From contig CAVOYH010000003.1 in the NCBI GenBank assembly GCA_963700635.1, forward strand, positions 992,001 to 1,056,000: DNA of 64,000 bases. Direction: 5' to 3'. Positions 1 through 10,924 of this stretch are shown in pieces. The translations under genes and the position numbers were made by a program. This DNA is from an uncultured Bacteroidota bacterium (GTDB lineage: Bacteria > Bacteroidota > Ignavibacteria > UBA10030 > UBA6906). The notes beneath the pieces were generated by a model. That model ran no database searches, was not told the DNA's origin, and saw only the letters and a list, made by a program, of their open reading frames with translations. Each line of letters starts with the position of its first letter. Positions within the stretch are counted from its first letter, which is position 1.

Positions 1-280
1 CGTAGACGGTGTGCATCAGGACGTCGATATGCTCATATCGAGTTTTGATCGCTTTTACTCCTTCAATGCCGGACATGCCGGGCAGTCCGATATCCATGAG
101 AATCACATCGGGAAGCGTATCGGACACATTTTCAAGCAGGGCCTCACATGAACCGTACGAGCCGATACAGGTTAACCCGCTGGAGGCGTTGATGAGGTCC
201 ACCACCGTCTCCCGGATCCGTTTCCGGTCCTCGACCACGACCACGGTCGTTACGGTGTTGTTACGTTCTTGCGTACCCAC
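1..280 (-). CDS. NarL/LuxR-family response regulator, N-terminal receiver domain (runs off window start)
   Basis: Manual translation from GTG at 280 (SD AGGAGG upstream): MGTQERNNTVTTVVVVEDRKRIRETVVDLINASSG...PDVILMDIGLPGMSGIEGVKAIK; lies directly downstream of the sensor kinase. Confidence 0.9.
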   Translation of the reverse strand, partial: MGTQERNNTVTTVVVVEDRKRIRETVVDLINASSGLTCIGSYGSCEALLENVSDTLPDVILMDIGLPGMSGIEGVKAIKTRYEHIDVLMHTVY

Positions 281-310
281 ACTGCCTCCTTCTTACGCAT
301 GTGTTTCCCG

Positions 311-3300
311 TTACGGAATTGTCGCACGCAACGTCACGGTTGTTCCCACCCCGGGTGCCGAGGCGATGGTCAGCTCTCCGCCCAGAGAGTGCGCCCGCTG
401 TCGCATGTTGAGAAGCCCATTTCCCTGGCCACCTTCGCGGGGATCAAAGCCGATGCCGTCATCGGCGACTGTCATGACCAGCATCCGGGCTTCGCGGTTG
501 AGGGTGAGGACTACACGATGAGGCCGGGCATGGCGGAGAATATTATTGAGCGCTTCCTTGTAGATCAGGAAGAACCGTCTCCGGAAGTTGAGGGGAAGCC
601 GGAGTGACGAAAGCGCAGCCGGAATGTTGATATCGTAGTTGATACCTTTTGCCTCCAGCATCTTCGTCGCATGCACTTTCATGCGCAGAAGGAGGAATTC
701 GAACGAATCGTTTTTGGGATCGATCGACCAGACGATATCGTTCATGGCATCGATCAACGAACGTGAGGTGGACCCGATTTCGGTGAGGAGGGATGATACC
801 TTTTCCCGTTCATCGCCTGACATCGTCAGCGGGTTCTTCTTCCGGCGGAGTTCACGCAATCCGACATCGCTGTAGAGCGCGATTTCTGTGAGCGATGAAC
901 CGATATCGTCGTGGAGGTCCGTGGCAATGGAAGTCCGGATACGCTCAATTTCCAGCAGCTTGTTGACCCGGTACCGGTACATCAAAAACAGGATGCCGGC
1001 AATCGCCGCGGCAACGAGTATTCTGAACCACCAGGTCCGCCAGTAGGGCGGCACGATGGTGATCGCAAGCGTTGTTCCCTCATCATTCCAGACACCATCG
1101 TTATTTGAGGCGCGCACCCTGAGCGTGTACCTGCCGGGATCGAGATTTGTATAGCTGACATACCGTCGTGTGCCTGCCTCGATCCAATGCTCGTCCAACC
1201 CTTCGAGTTTGTACGCGTACTGATTCTTTCCCGGCGAAGTGTAATTGAGGGCGACAAATTCGAACGACAGGGAGTTACGGTCGTGGGGAAGCTCGATGTC
1301 ACGTATGGTACTCAGCGCACGGGGGAGAGGGAACGTGCGATCGAAGACTCTGAAGCTGGTCAGGTAGACGGGCGGGACAACCAGATTGTCTGAGATACTG
1401 TCGGGGTAGAACGCGTTAAAACCGTTAATGCCTCCCAGGAAGAACTCCCCCCTGTTGCTGCGGAAGTGCGCGCCTTGATTAAATTCATTGCCCTGGAGTC
1501 CGTCCGACACGTCGAACACGCGCACGGCGCCGCTTGAGGGAGTGTACCGTGCGAGGCCTTTGTTGGTGGGGAGCCAGAGATTTCCGTGTGCATCGGGCAG
1601 AATGCCGTAGATAACATCATTGGGAAGGCCGTTTGTTTCGGTGATGTGCTGCCAGGAGTTGCCGGTCCGGTCATACCGATTCAGGCCGCCGCCGTACGTT
1701 CCGATCCAGAGTACGCCCGCGCTGTCTTCGTACAATGAAATGACCGTACTGTTATTGATGCCGTTTGTCTGCCCGGAAACAAACATGTGGCGCTGTATCG
1801 ATCCATCCACCGGATTCAAGCGTGCAAGTCCACCGCCGTACATTCCTATCCAGATCATTCCGGCGCGATCTTCGAGCAACGCGAGGATCGACCCGGCCGG
1901 GAGAGCGTTGGGGTTCCTTTCGTCCGGCGGAAAATGAGTGATACGTCCGGTGGCCGGGTTCGAGCCGGTCGAACCCCGATCCGTTGGTGCCGATGCAGAG
2001 GATACCATTCCGGTCTTCGAGAAGGAGTGTGACTTCATCCTGGGAAATCGAACCGGGATTCCGGGGGTCGTGACGATAGTGTAAAAAGGTTCCGGTGGAT
2101 CGGTCCAGCCGATTTAGTCCGCCCCCTTCGGTGCCGATCCAGAGTTCGCCCGACCGGGTTTCGCACAGAGCGAGAATGTTGTTGTGGCTGATCCCTTCCG
2201 GACGTCCGGGGTCGTGCACAAATTGGGTGAACATCCCTGCCGCACGGTCAAACCGGTTCAGACCGTTGCCGTAGGTCCCGATCCAGATATCTCCCTGCCG
2301 GTCTTCGAGGAGAGCCCACACATCGTTTCCGGTCAGATCGTTGGAACGGCGTTGTTGAGAGCGATAATGGGTGAACCGGTTTTTTAGCCGGTCATAGCGG
2401 TTCACGCCTCCTGCTCCTGTACCGATCCACATGGCACCTGCCTGATCTTCGTACAGCGAACAGATGATGTTGTTGTTGAGGGAATACAACGCTGCGGCGT
2501 CGTGGGTGAATCGTTGCACCGTACCGGTTGCGGGATCAAGAAGGTTTAACCCTGCATCGCCGGTCCCTACCCACATCTTGCCGGCGGGACCTTCATGCAG
2601 CGACAGAATCAAATTGCTGCTCACCGAACGGGGGGTGTCAGGAGAGTACGCATAATGGCGGATTGTTCCGTTGTCCGGATCAAGACAATCGAGTCCATTC
2701 CCCCAGGTACCGATCCAGACACGCTGGCGGCGGTCAATGAGTAATGTCCTGATGTTATCTCCTGCCGGGGTGAGGGCGCCCCGGGAACCATGATGATAGC
2801 GGAAAAAAGAGCCGGCGGGAGTTCGGGATCCCGTCGCAGGCCCGGATTCCGGGGGAACAAATCTGCACACTCCTCCCCAGGTCGCAATCCAGAGCCTTCC
2901 CCGGTTATCCTCATCAATTGCCCAGATGGTGTTGTCGGCGATGGACGTTGAATCCAGGGGATCATGCTCGTAGCGCAGGAATTCTCCCGTTTGCGGGTCA
3001 AAGCGGTTGAGTCCCCTGGTGAGAGTCCCGGCCCAGAGAATACCGCGGGAGTCCTGAAAGACGGATGTAACATTATCTTCACTGATACTTGTGGGGGTGT
3101 CGGGATCATGCCGGTAGTGCGTAAACGTACCTTGTTCGATATTGTACCGGCTCAACCCCCCGCGCATTGTTCCGATCCATACATCCCCATCTGCATCGCG
3201 GCACAGAGCCCAGATACCATTGTCGGACACGGTCAGGGAGTCACTGCTGGTGTGTTTGAAGATGGTGAGCGTATAGCCGTCGTACTTGTTCAGCCCGTCC

Positions 3301-3479
3301 TGCGTGCCGAACCAGAGGAATCCCTGGCCGTCCTGAACGATTGCATTCACTGTGGATTGTGAGAGTCCCTGCTCAAGCGAGATATGATCGAACTTTACTG
3401 CGCCGGTCTGGGCGCTCACCGTGCTGGCGAACCCCAAAAGCGTGAGAAAAGCGAGGCAATATGGCTGGATGTGTGGCAC
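311..3479 (-). CDS. Sensor histidine kinase with beta-propeller (Reg_prop) repeats, Y_Y_Y domain, TM helix, HisKA_3 and HATPase; +1 frameshift near 1960
   Basis: ORFs 1752..3479 and 311..2038 are consecutive parts of one protein (WIGT-GGL repeats; ...GFDRL[E/D]PATGRITHF...); DLHDDIGS H-box, EALNN N-box, DDGIGF and GNGL G-boxes. Confidence 0.88.
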
Positions 3480-3529
3480 GAGGGATTGTACTGAGGATTT
3501 GGGAGATTAACAAGCGGGTGGCTTGCCAG

Positions 3530-3558
3530 TTGACTCTCGCTCCGCGAGACAGTACATT
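3530..3558 (+). promoter_or_regulatory. sigma70-type promoter of the kinase gene, with an inverted repeat in the spacer
   Basis: TTGACT-N17-TACATT; TCTCGC-TCC-GCGAGA overlaps the spacer. Confidence 0.6.
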
Positions 3559-3617
3559 ACCGCCGTACTCTCAGGCTACTGTGCCGAATGTTTCATCCAC
3601 GCGCGTGGATACTTCGC

Positions 3618-5915
3618 ATGATAGGCCGTGTTGTTTCCCACTATAAGATTCTCGAGCATCTGGGCGGCGGGGGGATGGGGGTGATCTACAAAGCCGAAGA
3701 CCTCCGCCTCAAGCGTACTGTAGCCCTCAAATTCCTTCCTGACGAATTTTCGACCGACTCCAAGGCAGCAGCGCGCCTCATCCGAGAAGCACAGGCTACT
3801 TCTGCGCTGCAGCATGAAAACATCTGTGTTGTTCACGACATTGACCGGTCGGAGGATGGCCGTTTGTTCATCTGTATGGATTTCTATGACGGCGAGACGT
3901 TGAAGAAGAAGATCTCCAGGGGAACACTTCCATTTGATGAGGTCCTTTCCTACGTCAGGCAGATTGCCCGCGGACTGTCGAAGGCGCATGCGGCGGAGAT
4001 TATCCATCGTGACCTCAAACCGGACAACATCATGGTGACTTCCGACGGTGTGGTCAAGATCGTGGATTTTGGAATCGCAAAACTCTTGAGACAGACCCGT
4101 ATTACACAGGATGGTCCGACACTCGGAACCATCGCGTACATGCCACCGGAACAGGTCCGGGGTGAGGATGTGGACCTGCGGGCGGACGTCTGGTCTCTCG
4201 GTGTTGTGCTCTTCGAAATGCTCACCCAGAAGCTCCCGTTCCGCGGCGATTCTGTGGCAGCAATGACATACACGATCACGAACGAACCGCCGTTTGATGT
4301 CGGTGATTTCAGGAAAGACGTCCCGGAAGTTTTCCGGCGGCTTTGCAGGGAATGTCTTTCGAAGGCACGGGGTCACCGACCGGGGAGCATGGAAAAGATT
4401 CTTACAATTCTTGGAGAGAGCGCTCCTGCGGTCAAACGGTTCAACCTTCTCCGTCGAGTCCGCACTTCACGCCGGTGGTCGATCGGGGTTGGGGCAGCCC
4501 TCGCGGGGATTCTTGCGGTCGTGTTGACGGTGCAGCAGCTCGGGGAGTCGCCGGTGAGAGAGAACGTGCCGGCATCATTCGGCATTCTTGAGTTTACAAA
4601 CCAGACCGGCGATCCTCACGTGCGATTGTGGCCGCAGGTCATCCAGGCCCTTTTTTTCCAGGGGCTTGCCGGTACCGATGGGATGGCTGTGCTTGACCCC
4701 GCCTCCTTCAACAGGATTCTGGAGAGCTCCTTCGGTCCGGGCAAACCGGCAGAAGCCAGAACGGTGTATGCACTGGCAAGAGGGTCTGCAGCACAATTTA
4801 TAATTGATGGATCCATCGTCAGCACCCCGCTTCTTTACCGCCTCCATATGAGAATTATCAGACTGCAATCGGAGGAAGTTCTCTACGCGGGGGCAGCATG
4901 GGTGAATGACCGTGATGACCTCGAGAGCAGTGTAGACAGTCTCTGCCAGCAGGTGGTTGATTTTGTGAGACTTCAGGTGTTGTCGCCGGGAGAGCGTCAG
5001 GATCTCAAACCATGGCTCCCGCCCCGGAGGCAAAACCTTGCATCCTTAAACGCTTTTCTCACCGCAACGGACTTCAAATACAGGGGGGATACAAACGCGA
5101 CACGGTACCTCCGCGAAGCGATTACGCTGGATTCAACGTTCATTTCTCCGCGGGTCTGGTTGATCTCCGACCTGTTACAAAGTGGTCACAGAGAGGAAGC
5201 AGAGCATCATGCACACTATCTTGCCGGATTAAGCAAATCCGTGCGACCATTTGACCAGGCGATGATCCAGTGGGCTGAGGCTTGTGTTGCGGGCGACACC
5301 TCGGCGCAGATCACGCACCTGCGCACCGCACTTGGTTTCTCTCCCGGCAACAACATCCTGCTCTACAATCTTGCGCGGTTGATCTATGCCCGGGGTGACT
5401 ATGCAGGAGTGATTCAGATGCTCCGCCCGGCTTCCGAGGTGCGGTGGCCCTATTCCCGGATGTACTTTCTGCTCGGCGCCAGCTACATCCAGCTTAATGA
5501 TCAGCAGAAGGCGCGGGAAATTCTGGAATCGTCATTTGTGATGACGCCGGTGTTTCCGGAGATTTATCGGCTCCTCGTCCTGCTTTACGATTCCTCCGGG
5601 GATACCACCATGGCCAACCGTTACCAGCGGACATTTGTCACGCGCGAGCAGGAACGAGGAATTTCCCGGAGCACCAGCCTTGTTTCTCTTGCCCGATCAA
5701 GCACGAGCTGGGGATTGTATGCTGAAGCGCGCGGCAGATACATGGCCGCCATGGAACTCTCGCCGGAATCATTAACCTACAGAAGGGAACTGGCTGACAT
5801 GCTGGTGCTTGCCGGTGATACTCTACAGGCAGTACACGAATATCTGGAGGTGCGACGCCTGGACTCTGCCAGAGCGGCCGGGGTGCAAGAACGCCTTCAG
5901 AGACTTCGGCGATAA
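3618..5915 (+). CDS. Hanks-type Ser/Thr protein kinase with TM helix, TolB-like domain and TPR repeats
   Basis: GGGGMG, VALK, HRDLKPDN, DFG and PEQ motifs; hydrophobic segment after the kinase; helical repeats. Start MIGRVVSHYK matches the paralogues. Confidence 0.92.
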   Translation: MIGRVVSHYKILEHLGGGGMGVIYKAEDLRLKRTVALKFLPDEFSTDSKAAARLIREAQATSALQHENICVVHDIDRSEDGRLFICMDFYDGETLKKKISRGTLPFDEVLSYVRQIARGLSKAHAAEIIHRDLKPDNIMVTSDGVVKIVDFGIAKLLRQTRITQDGPTLGTIAYMPPEQVRGEDVDLRADVWSLGVVLFEMLTQKLPFRGDSVAAMTYTITNEPPFDVGDFRKDVPEVFRRLCRECLSKARGHRPGSMEKILTILGESAPAVKRFNLLRRVRTSRRWSIGVGAALAGILAVVLTVQQLGESPVRENVPASFGILEFTNQTGDPHVRLWPQVIQALFFQGLAGTDGMAVLDPASFNRILESSFGPGKPAEARTVYALARGSAAQFIIDGSIVSTPLLYRLHMRIIRLQSEEVLYAGAAWVNDRDDLESSVDSLCQQVVDFVRLQVLSPGERQDLKPWLPPRRQNLASLNAFLTATDFKYRGDTNATRYLREAITLDSTFISPRVWLISDLLQSGHREEAEHHAHYLAGLSKSVRPFDQAMIQWAEACVAGDTSAQITHLRTALGFSPGNNILLYNLARLIYARGDYAGVIQMLRPASEVRWPYSRMYFLLGASYIQLNDQQKAREILESSFVMTPVFPEIYRLLVLLYDSSGDTTMANRYQRTFVTREQERGISRSTSLVSLARSSTSWGLYAEARGRYMAAMELSPESLTYRRELADMLVLAGDTLQAVHEYLEVRRLDSARAAGVQERLQRLRR

Positions 5916-5952
5916 ACAAAACATCACACAGTCTAACGGAAAGGACTACCAT

Positions 5953-6465
5953 ATGGAAGCAACAGTGAATGAAGTGCTGTGGCTCGCATACAGGAACAAG
6001 GAATTCCTGGAAGAACTCCTGGCGAGTCCTGAAAGAGCCGTGAGAGGAAAAGAGATACAACTCACTGCCACCCAGCTGGAAGAGCTCAAGACCCTGCTGG
6101 ATGGGCGCGTGGTGATGGACGGACGGCAAATTTTGAGGATAATAAACGCTGTACTCACGGCAGCGGGAATATCAATGGCACCAGCTCTGGGACCCAGACC
6201 GCTACCGCCTCCGCCCCCGCCTCCACCTCCGCCGTGGAATCCGGATCCTCCTCTGCTACCTGATCCGCCGTGGAGTCAGGGTTCATCCCTGATGCCTACT
6301 CCGTCCGTTCGCCGAAAAAAAACGGTGGTCCGGAGATCTTCAAAACCCGTCCGGCGCACAAAAGCGGCGGTTCGGAAAGCTCCAAAACCCGTACGCCGGG
6401 CAAAAAGAATAGTCCGGAGAACATCGAAAACGGTCAGGAGAAAGTTACCGAAGCGGAGGAAATAA
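5953..6465 (+). CDS. 170-aa protein: NHLP/Os1348-like helical N-terminus, polyproline linker, Arg/Lys-rich heptad-repeat tail
   Basis: SD AAGGA upstream; NKEFLEELLASPERAV..LTATQLEEL; run of 10 Pro; 7 x xxVR(R/K)xx. Confidence 0.75.
   Translation: MEATVNEVLWLAYRNKEFLEELLASPERAVRGKEIQLTATQLEELKTLLDGRVVMDGRQILRIINAVLTAAGISMAPALGPRPLPPPPPPPPPPWNPDPPLLPDPPWSQGSSLMPTPSVRRKKTVVRRSSKPVRRTKAAVRKAPKPVRRAKRIVRRTSKTVRRKLPKRRK
6301..6447 (+). repeat. Seven degenerate 21-bp (heptapeptide) tandem repeats
   Basis: PSVRRKK/TVVRRSS/KPVRRTK/AAVRKAP/KPVRRAK/RIVRRTS/KTVRRKL. Confidence 0.85.
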
Positions 6466-6564
6466 GAGAGGAAAACGACCACGTCACCTCGTTGCAGAAG
6501 TTTACATGCACCCCGGGGAGCGAGGGGTCCCTGAACCGACCCCCTCTTCAGCTCCACCGGAGGA

Positions 6565-6651
6565 ATGATGGTCGGCACATTGGCTTCCCACTACAGAATC
6601 CTCAATCACCCCGGCGAGGGAGGTATGTCTTATGTCCGGAACCACCAGTAA
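6565..6651 (+). pseudogene. Remnant of a Ser/Thr kinase 5' end (28-codon ORF overlapping the PP2C start)
   Basis: MMVGTLASHYRILNHPGEGGMSYVRNHQ* versus [20 protein letters not shown]; upstream CTCCACCGGAGG is identical to the leader of the kinase starting at 14605. Confidence 0.75.
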
Positions 6652-7930
6652 AAAAAATCCACCGCACGTTATGGAGGAGGAGAATCGTCGGCTCCGCCGT
6701 GCGGTGGAGGAGCTCTCAATCCTCAACGACCTGGCACGCGCCATCGGTGGTCTGGTGAATTCACAGGAAATCATGCAGACCATTATTCATCGCTCAGTGC
6801 GTGCCATCCATGCAGAGCAGGGTGTTATCACCATGGTCGATCAGAGGATGGGAGAGCCGATGAAGACCCTGGTGCGCACGATCATGACGTCGGCTGGCCA
6901 GGAACCGTACCATTTTAACCAGAGTCTTCTTGGGTGGATGCAGCTCCACCGTGTTCCTATCACACTAAATGCCCCGCGGGAGGATGCGCGTTTCCAGGGG
7001 GTCCGCTGGGATGAATCCGTACAGTCGTTGCTGTGCGTTCCCCTCATGATCAAAGGGGAAGTACGGGGCGTACTCACGATGTACAATAAGAGGGTGGATG
7101 GTGGATTCACCGATGACGATCAGCGCCTGCTGGCCATCATCGCGGGTCAATCCGCACAGGTGATCGAAAACGCCCGGCTCTACGAGACTGAGCGGACACT
7201 CCTGCATATGCAGGAAGAGGTCCGGCTTGCGGGGCGGATACAGGCCGAGCTTCTCCCGCACGGCCCCCCCGACGTGCCGGGGTATGAGATTGCCGGGCGT
7301 ACGATCCCGGCGCAGGACGTCGGGGGCGACTACTTCGACTTTATCCCGATGAACGGCGACTGTCTGGGGATCTGTCTGGGTGACGTGTCCGGCAAAGGAT
7401 TACCTGCGTCTCTTTTGATGGCGAACGTGCAGGCCACGCTCCGGAGCCAGAGTCTTATTAACGCGCCGCCTCAACTCTGCATCCAACGGGCGAATACCCT
7501 CCTGCTGCAGAGCACAAGCGCGGATAAATTTGTAACGTTGTTCTACGGCGTACTGAATCGTGCACACAACACACTTACCTACGTGAATGCAGGGCACGAG
7601 TATCCGTATCTGTTCACATCCACAAACGAGCCCACCCGCCTTTCCACAGGGGGAGCCCCTCTGAGTATCATCGAGCATTTTCCGTTTGAGGAGCAGACCG
7701 TCACCCTCCAGCCGGGCGACGTGCTTGTCGTGTTCTCGGACGGGGTGACGGAGGCCATGGATGCGCAGTTCGCGCAGTTTGGCCAGGAACGTTTAGGTGA
7801 GCTCCTTCCCGAATGCAGAAACGCATCTCCCTCCGCGATTATTGACCGGATTGTTGCAGAGGTAAGACAGCACGCCGGGACAGCGCCGCAGAATGACGAC
7901 ATTACAATGGTTGTGGTGAAGAGGCTCTGA
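6632..7930 (+). CDS. GAF domain plus SpoIIE/PP2C (RsbU-like) Ser/Thr phosphatase
   Basis: GAF (LCVPL, FTDDDQRLL, ENARLY); VGGDYFD, DVSGKG, SDGVTEA, DDIT. Confidence 0.93.
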   Translation: MSGTTSKKNPPHVMEEENRRLRRAVEELSILNDLARAIGGLVNSQEIMQTIIHRSVRAIHAEQGVITMVDQRMGEPMKTLVRTIMTSAGQEPYHFNQSLLGWMQLHRVPITLNAPREDARFQGVRWDESVQSLLCVPLMIKGEVRGVLTMYNKRVDGGFTDDDQRLLAIIAGQSAQVIENARLYETERTLLHMQEEVRLAGRIQAELLPHGPPDVPGYEIAGRTIPAQDVGGDYFDFIPMNGDCLGICLGDVSGKGLPASLLMANVQATLRSQSLINAPPQLCIQRANTLLLQSTSADKFVTLFYGVLNRAHNTLTYVNAGHEYPYLFTSTNEPTRLSTGGAPLSIIEHFPFEEQTVTLQPGDVLVVFSDGVTEAMDAQFAQFGQERLGELLPECRNASPSAIIDRIVAEVRQHAGTAPQNDDITMVVVKRL

Positions 7931-8044
7931 GTCTTGCCGGCGCGGACAGTACAATGTAGCCGGTCCGATTGACCTCCTCCAGATGGTGGATCTTCCACAT
8001 GCGGAACACTTCACCTGCGTTGAGGCGTTCAATGGCAGTGGTTC

Positions 8045-10663
8045 CTATTCATATTTTCTGATAAGAGCCCGGAATCTGGGGATCCTGTGAAGAGGTTTCC
8101 ATGTGTGCTCAGCTTTGAGGACCGCTGGAGAGACAAACAAAGAAGGGACAGAAAGCAGATACTCCAGGTGGTCCAGCGTCTCGTCGTATCGGCCGAGACA
8201 GACAAGAATCCGCGCGAGGTCAAGAATGGGGCTATCCCCCCGGAGATGATCTCGGGAAATCGGTTGGAGTTCGACGGCACGTTTGCCGTGTCGAACGGCA
8301 TCGTCGGCACGTCCCATAAGAGCATACGTCCACCCGAGCGCGCCATGAACCCGGTGGTCGCTGTCATCCGTCCTCAACTTCCTTTCCAGGACGATCCGGG
8401 CCGAATCAAACCATGCGTATGCCGTGCTCGAATGTCCGGCCTGTGTTTCCACCAGTCCCGAGAAAAAAGAGAACGGATAATAATGCCGCTCGTCTTCATA
8501 AACCTGGCCTGGACTGGATGCGAAGGTGCTGAGCGCTGCAGAGAGGTTGCCCATATAGAGATGATAAAGACTCCGGAAAAACATCAGGCCAGGGTTGTCT
8601 TCGGGAGCAAGCTGTTCCAGGACGGCGAGGGCGCGTGATGCATCGCCGGTTCGCTGCCACACGATCCAGGATTTATTGATGGATGCAGAAACATAGTCCG
8701 GGTAAAGACTCACCGCGCGGGAAGCGAAGTCCTCCGCTTCCTCATATCTTCGTAACGCTGCACACGTCATGGAGAGCTGAATAGCGATATCCACCGAACG
8801 AGGATTCAACGCAAACGCCCGCACCTGGTTTTGACGGGCTTCCTCGAATTTTCCCTGGCGCCTCCAGATATATGCCCGGGATACCAGCAGCTCATCTTTG
8901 TTGGGCATCCGCTGTTCGGCGACTTCAAACTCTGAGAGCGCGCGCTGGAAGTCCTTCCGAACCCAGTACCAATAGTAACCGAGTACTACATGTGCCCTTG
9001 CCAGGTCCGGATCGAGCTGCAAGGCCCTCTCCACTTCCCTGCGTGCCAGTGAGTCCGACGGGTGCTTCTCCTGGTTGAAGTGGTACAGGTGAAGGTAGGT
9101 GTTTGCCAGTTCAGCCCAGGCGAGCACGAACCCGGAGTCAAGTTCGGTTGCCCTGCGAAACATGTGTACGGCCCGCCGATGGTCCTGCACGTCGTAACCC
9201 GGTTGGGCCATTGCATCCATCCCCCGCAGGTAGGCATTATATGCTTCAAGGTTTTCTGTCGGCCTTGCCTCGACCGAAAATGCTTCTCCATCGGTCAGCG
9301 CAACGCGCAACTCCCGAATGACTTGGCGTGCGATGTCTGTCTGGACCTCAAAGATGGCACTCAGCTCACGATCATACCGATCGCTCCAGAGGTGCACGTC
9401 ATCGGCGACACGGATAAGCTGGGGTGTCACGCGGACCAGACTGTGACTGCCGGCACGCTGTTCCCAGCGTACGGTTCCCTCAAGCACATGTGACACACCG
9501 AGCTCTTCTCCGATTTGCCGGAGGGGTTTGCTGGTTTTCTTGTACTGGACAGCGCTCGTGCGTGAGATCACGCCGAGCGCGCGGATTGCTGCCAGACGGC
9601 TGGTGATCTCCTCCGTAACGCCGTCTGCGAAGTACTCATCGTCGGGCGATCCCAGATTTTCGAAGGGGAGAACGACAAGAAGTATCCTTTCGGTGCCAGG
9701 ATCGGAGGCTCTCCCAGAGAGATATGCATAGAGTCCGGCGCCGCAGAGGAGTACCGTAATAGCACCGATCAACCAGTACCGGAGAATTCTCCTCCGGTGC
9801 CTCCCGGACGGAACATCCGCGGTCATCGGAGAAACCCCGCCTGCAGAGTGTGATCCGCCCAGAGCCCGCAGGTCCACCAGGATCTCCTCGACGTGCTGAT
9901 AACGTTCCCCGGGGACTTTGGCCATACACTTGCCCAGAATCCTCTCCAGCTCCATCGGCATTCCGGTGCGAAGACCCGTGAGAGGTTCCGGCTCGGACGT
10001 GAGGATGGAATACAGAAGCGCGTTCTGATACTCTGCAACAAACGGGGGTTTGCCTGAGAGCATCTCGTAGAGGACCACGCCGAACGACCAGATGTCGGTT
10101 CTGTGATCGGCGGATTCTCCCCGTGATTGTTCGGGTGACATGTATGCTGCAGTGCCGAGTGTGGACCCTGTTCTGGTGAGACCCGACAGGCCGCTTAGCT
10201 TCGCCAGCCCGAAATCCACAATCTTGGCTGCCCCGCGGGAAGTGATCATAATGTTCGCGGGTTTGATGTCTCGGTGAATGATCCCCCGCTCGTGCGCACT
10301 AGCAAGCCCGCGGGCCACCTGGATAGCGATATCGATAGCCAGTTCAAGCGGAAGTGGTGCCCGTTCGATCTTCTTCTTCAGCGTCTCGCCTTCAAGACAT
10401 TCCATACTGATGAACATCTGTCCGTCACCGGTCTCATCAATGTCGTGCACGACACAGATGTTAGGGTGCTGGAGGGACGACGCGGCCTGTGCCTCGTGGA
10501 CAAACCGCGCTTTGGCCTCAGCGTCAGTGGTGAGTGCAGGAGGGAGGAACTTGAGTGCGACGGGGCGGTTGAGCCTCAGGTCCTGGGCTTTGTAGACCAC
10601 GCCCATGCCTCCGCCGCCGAGATGCTCGAGGATTTTATAGTGTGAGACCGATGTGCCGACCAT
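8045..10663 (-). CDS. Ser/Thr kinase-TM-TolB-like-TPR protein
   Basis: [17 protein letters not shown]; VLPFENLG...[10 protein letters not shown]; TPR repeats. Confidence 0.93.
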   Translation of the reverse strand: MVGTSVSHYKILEHLGGGGMGVVYKAQDLRLNRPVALKFLPPALTTDAEAKARFVHEAQAASSLQHPNICVVHDIDETGDGQMFISMECLEGETLKKKIERAPLPLELAIDIAIQVARGLASAHERGIIHRDIKPANIMITSRGAAKIVDFGLAKLSGLSGLTRTGSTLGTAAYMSPEQSRGESADHRTDIWSFGVVLYEMLSGKPPFVAEYQNALLYSILTSEPEPLTGLRTGMPMELERILGKCMAKVPGERYQHVEEILVDLRALGGSHSAGGVSPMTADVPSGRHRRRILRYWLIGAITVLLCGAGLYAYLSGRASDPGTERILLVVLPFENLGSPDDEYFADGVTEEITSRLAAIRALGVISRTSAVQYKKTSKPLRQIGEELGVSHVLEGTVRWEQRAGSHSLVRVTPQLIRVADDVHLWSDRYDRELSAIFEVQTDIARQVIRELRVALTDGEAFSVEARPTENLEAYNAYLRGMDAMAQPGYDVQDHRRAVHMFRRATELDSGFVLAWAELANTYLHLYHFNQEKHPSDSLARREVERALQLDPDLARAHVVLGYYWYWVRKDFQRALSEFEVAEQRMPNKDELLVSRAYIWRRQGKFEEARQNQVRAFALNPRSVDIAIQLSMTCAALRRYEEAEDFASRAVSLYPDYVSASINKSWIVWQRTGDASRALAVLEQLAPEDNPGLMFFRSLYHLYMGNLSAALSTFASSPGQVYEDERHYYPFSFFSGLVETQAGHSSTAYAWFDSARIVLERKLRTDDSDHRVHGALGWTYALMGRADDAVRHGKRAVELQPISRDHLRGDSPILDLARILVCLGRYDETLDHLEYLLSVPSLFVSPAVLKAEHTWKPLHRIPRFRALIRKYE

Positions 10664-10750
10664 GGTGCCTCCGGAAGAAAAGGAGTCGGCCAGTAAGAAA
10701 CTTCTGATCTGGAGAAAAGATACGGCGGGTGGAGGGGAAAGTCAAACAAC
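10362..10750. repeat. Direct repeat copy 1: kinase N-lobe, leader and promoter
   Basis: 10362-10674 matches 14304-14616 with about 4 mismatches counted by eye; similarity continues through the promoter. Confidence 0.9.
10717..10745 (-). promoter_or_regulatory. sigma70-type promoter
   Basis: TTGACT-N17-TATCTT on the minus strand, conserved at 14653-14681. Confidence 0.7.
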
Positions 10751-10924
10751 GCCGTGCTCGATCGGTGTGGCTGACATTTCCAGATGCTTTCTCTAACTTT
10801 TTGAAGGCAGGGCCACGAGTTGTTCTGTCCAGTATGGGCGCTGTGGCCCCATGACAACAATAGTCAGTGCGTCCGACCGGTTCTGTTTTCCGTTCATTGT
10901 TCCCTCTGTGAAAGAGGCCCGCAG

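Noticed and set aside
6301-6447. Periodic repeats (here and at 20163-20282) as CRISPR arrays
   Set aside because: Degenerate in-frame coding repeats without spacers; no cas genes
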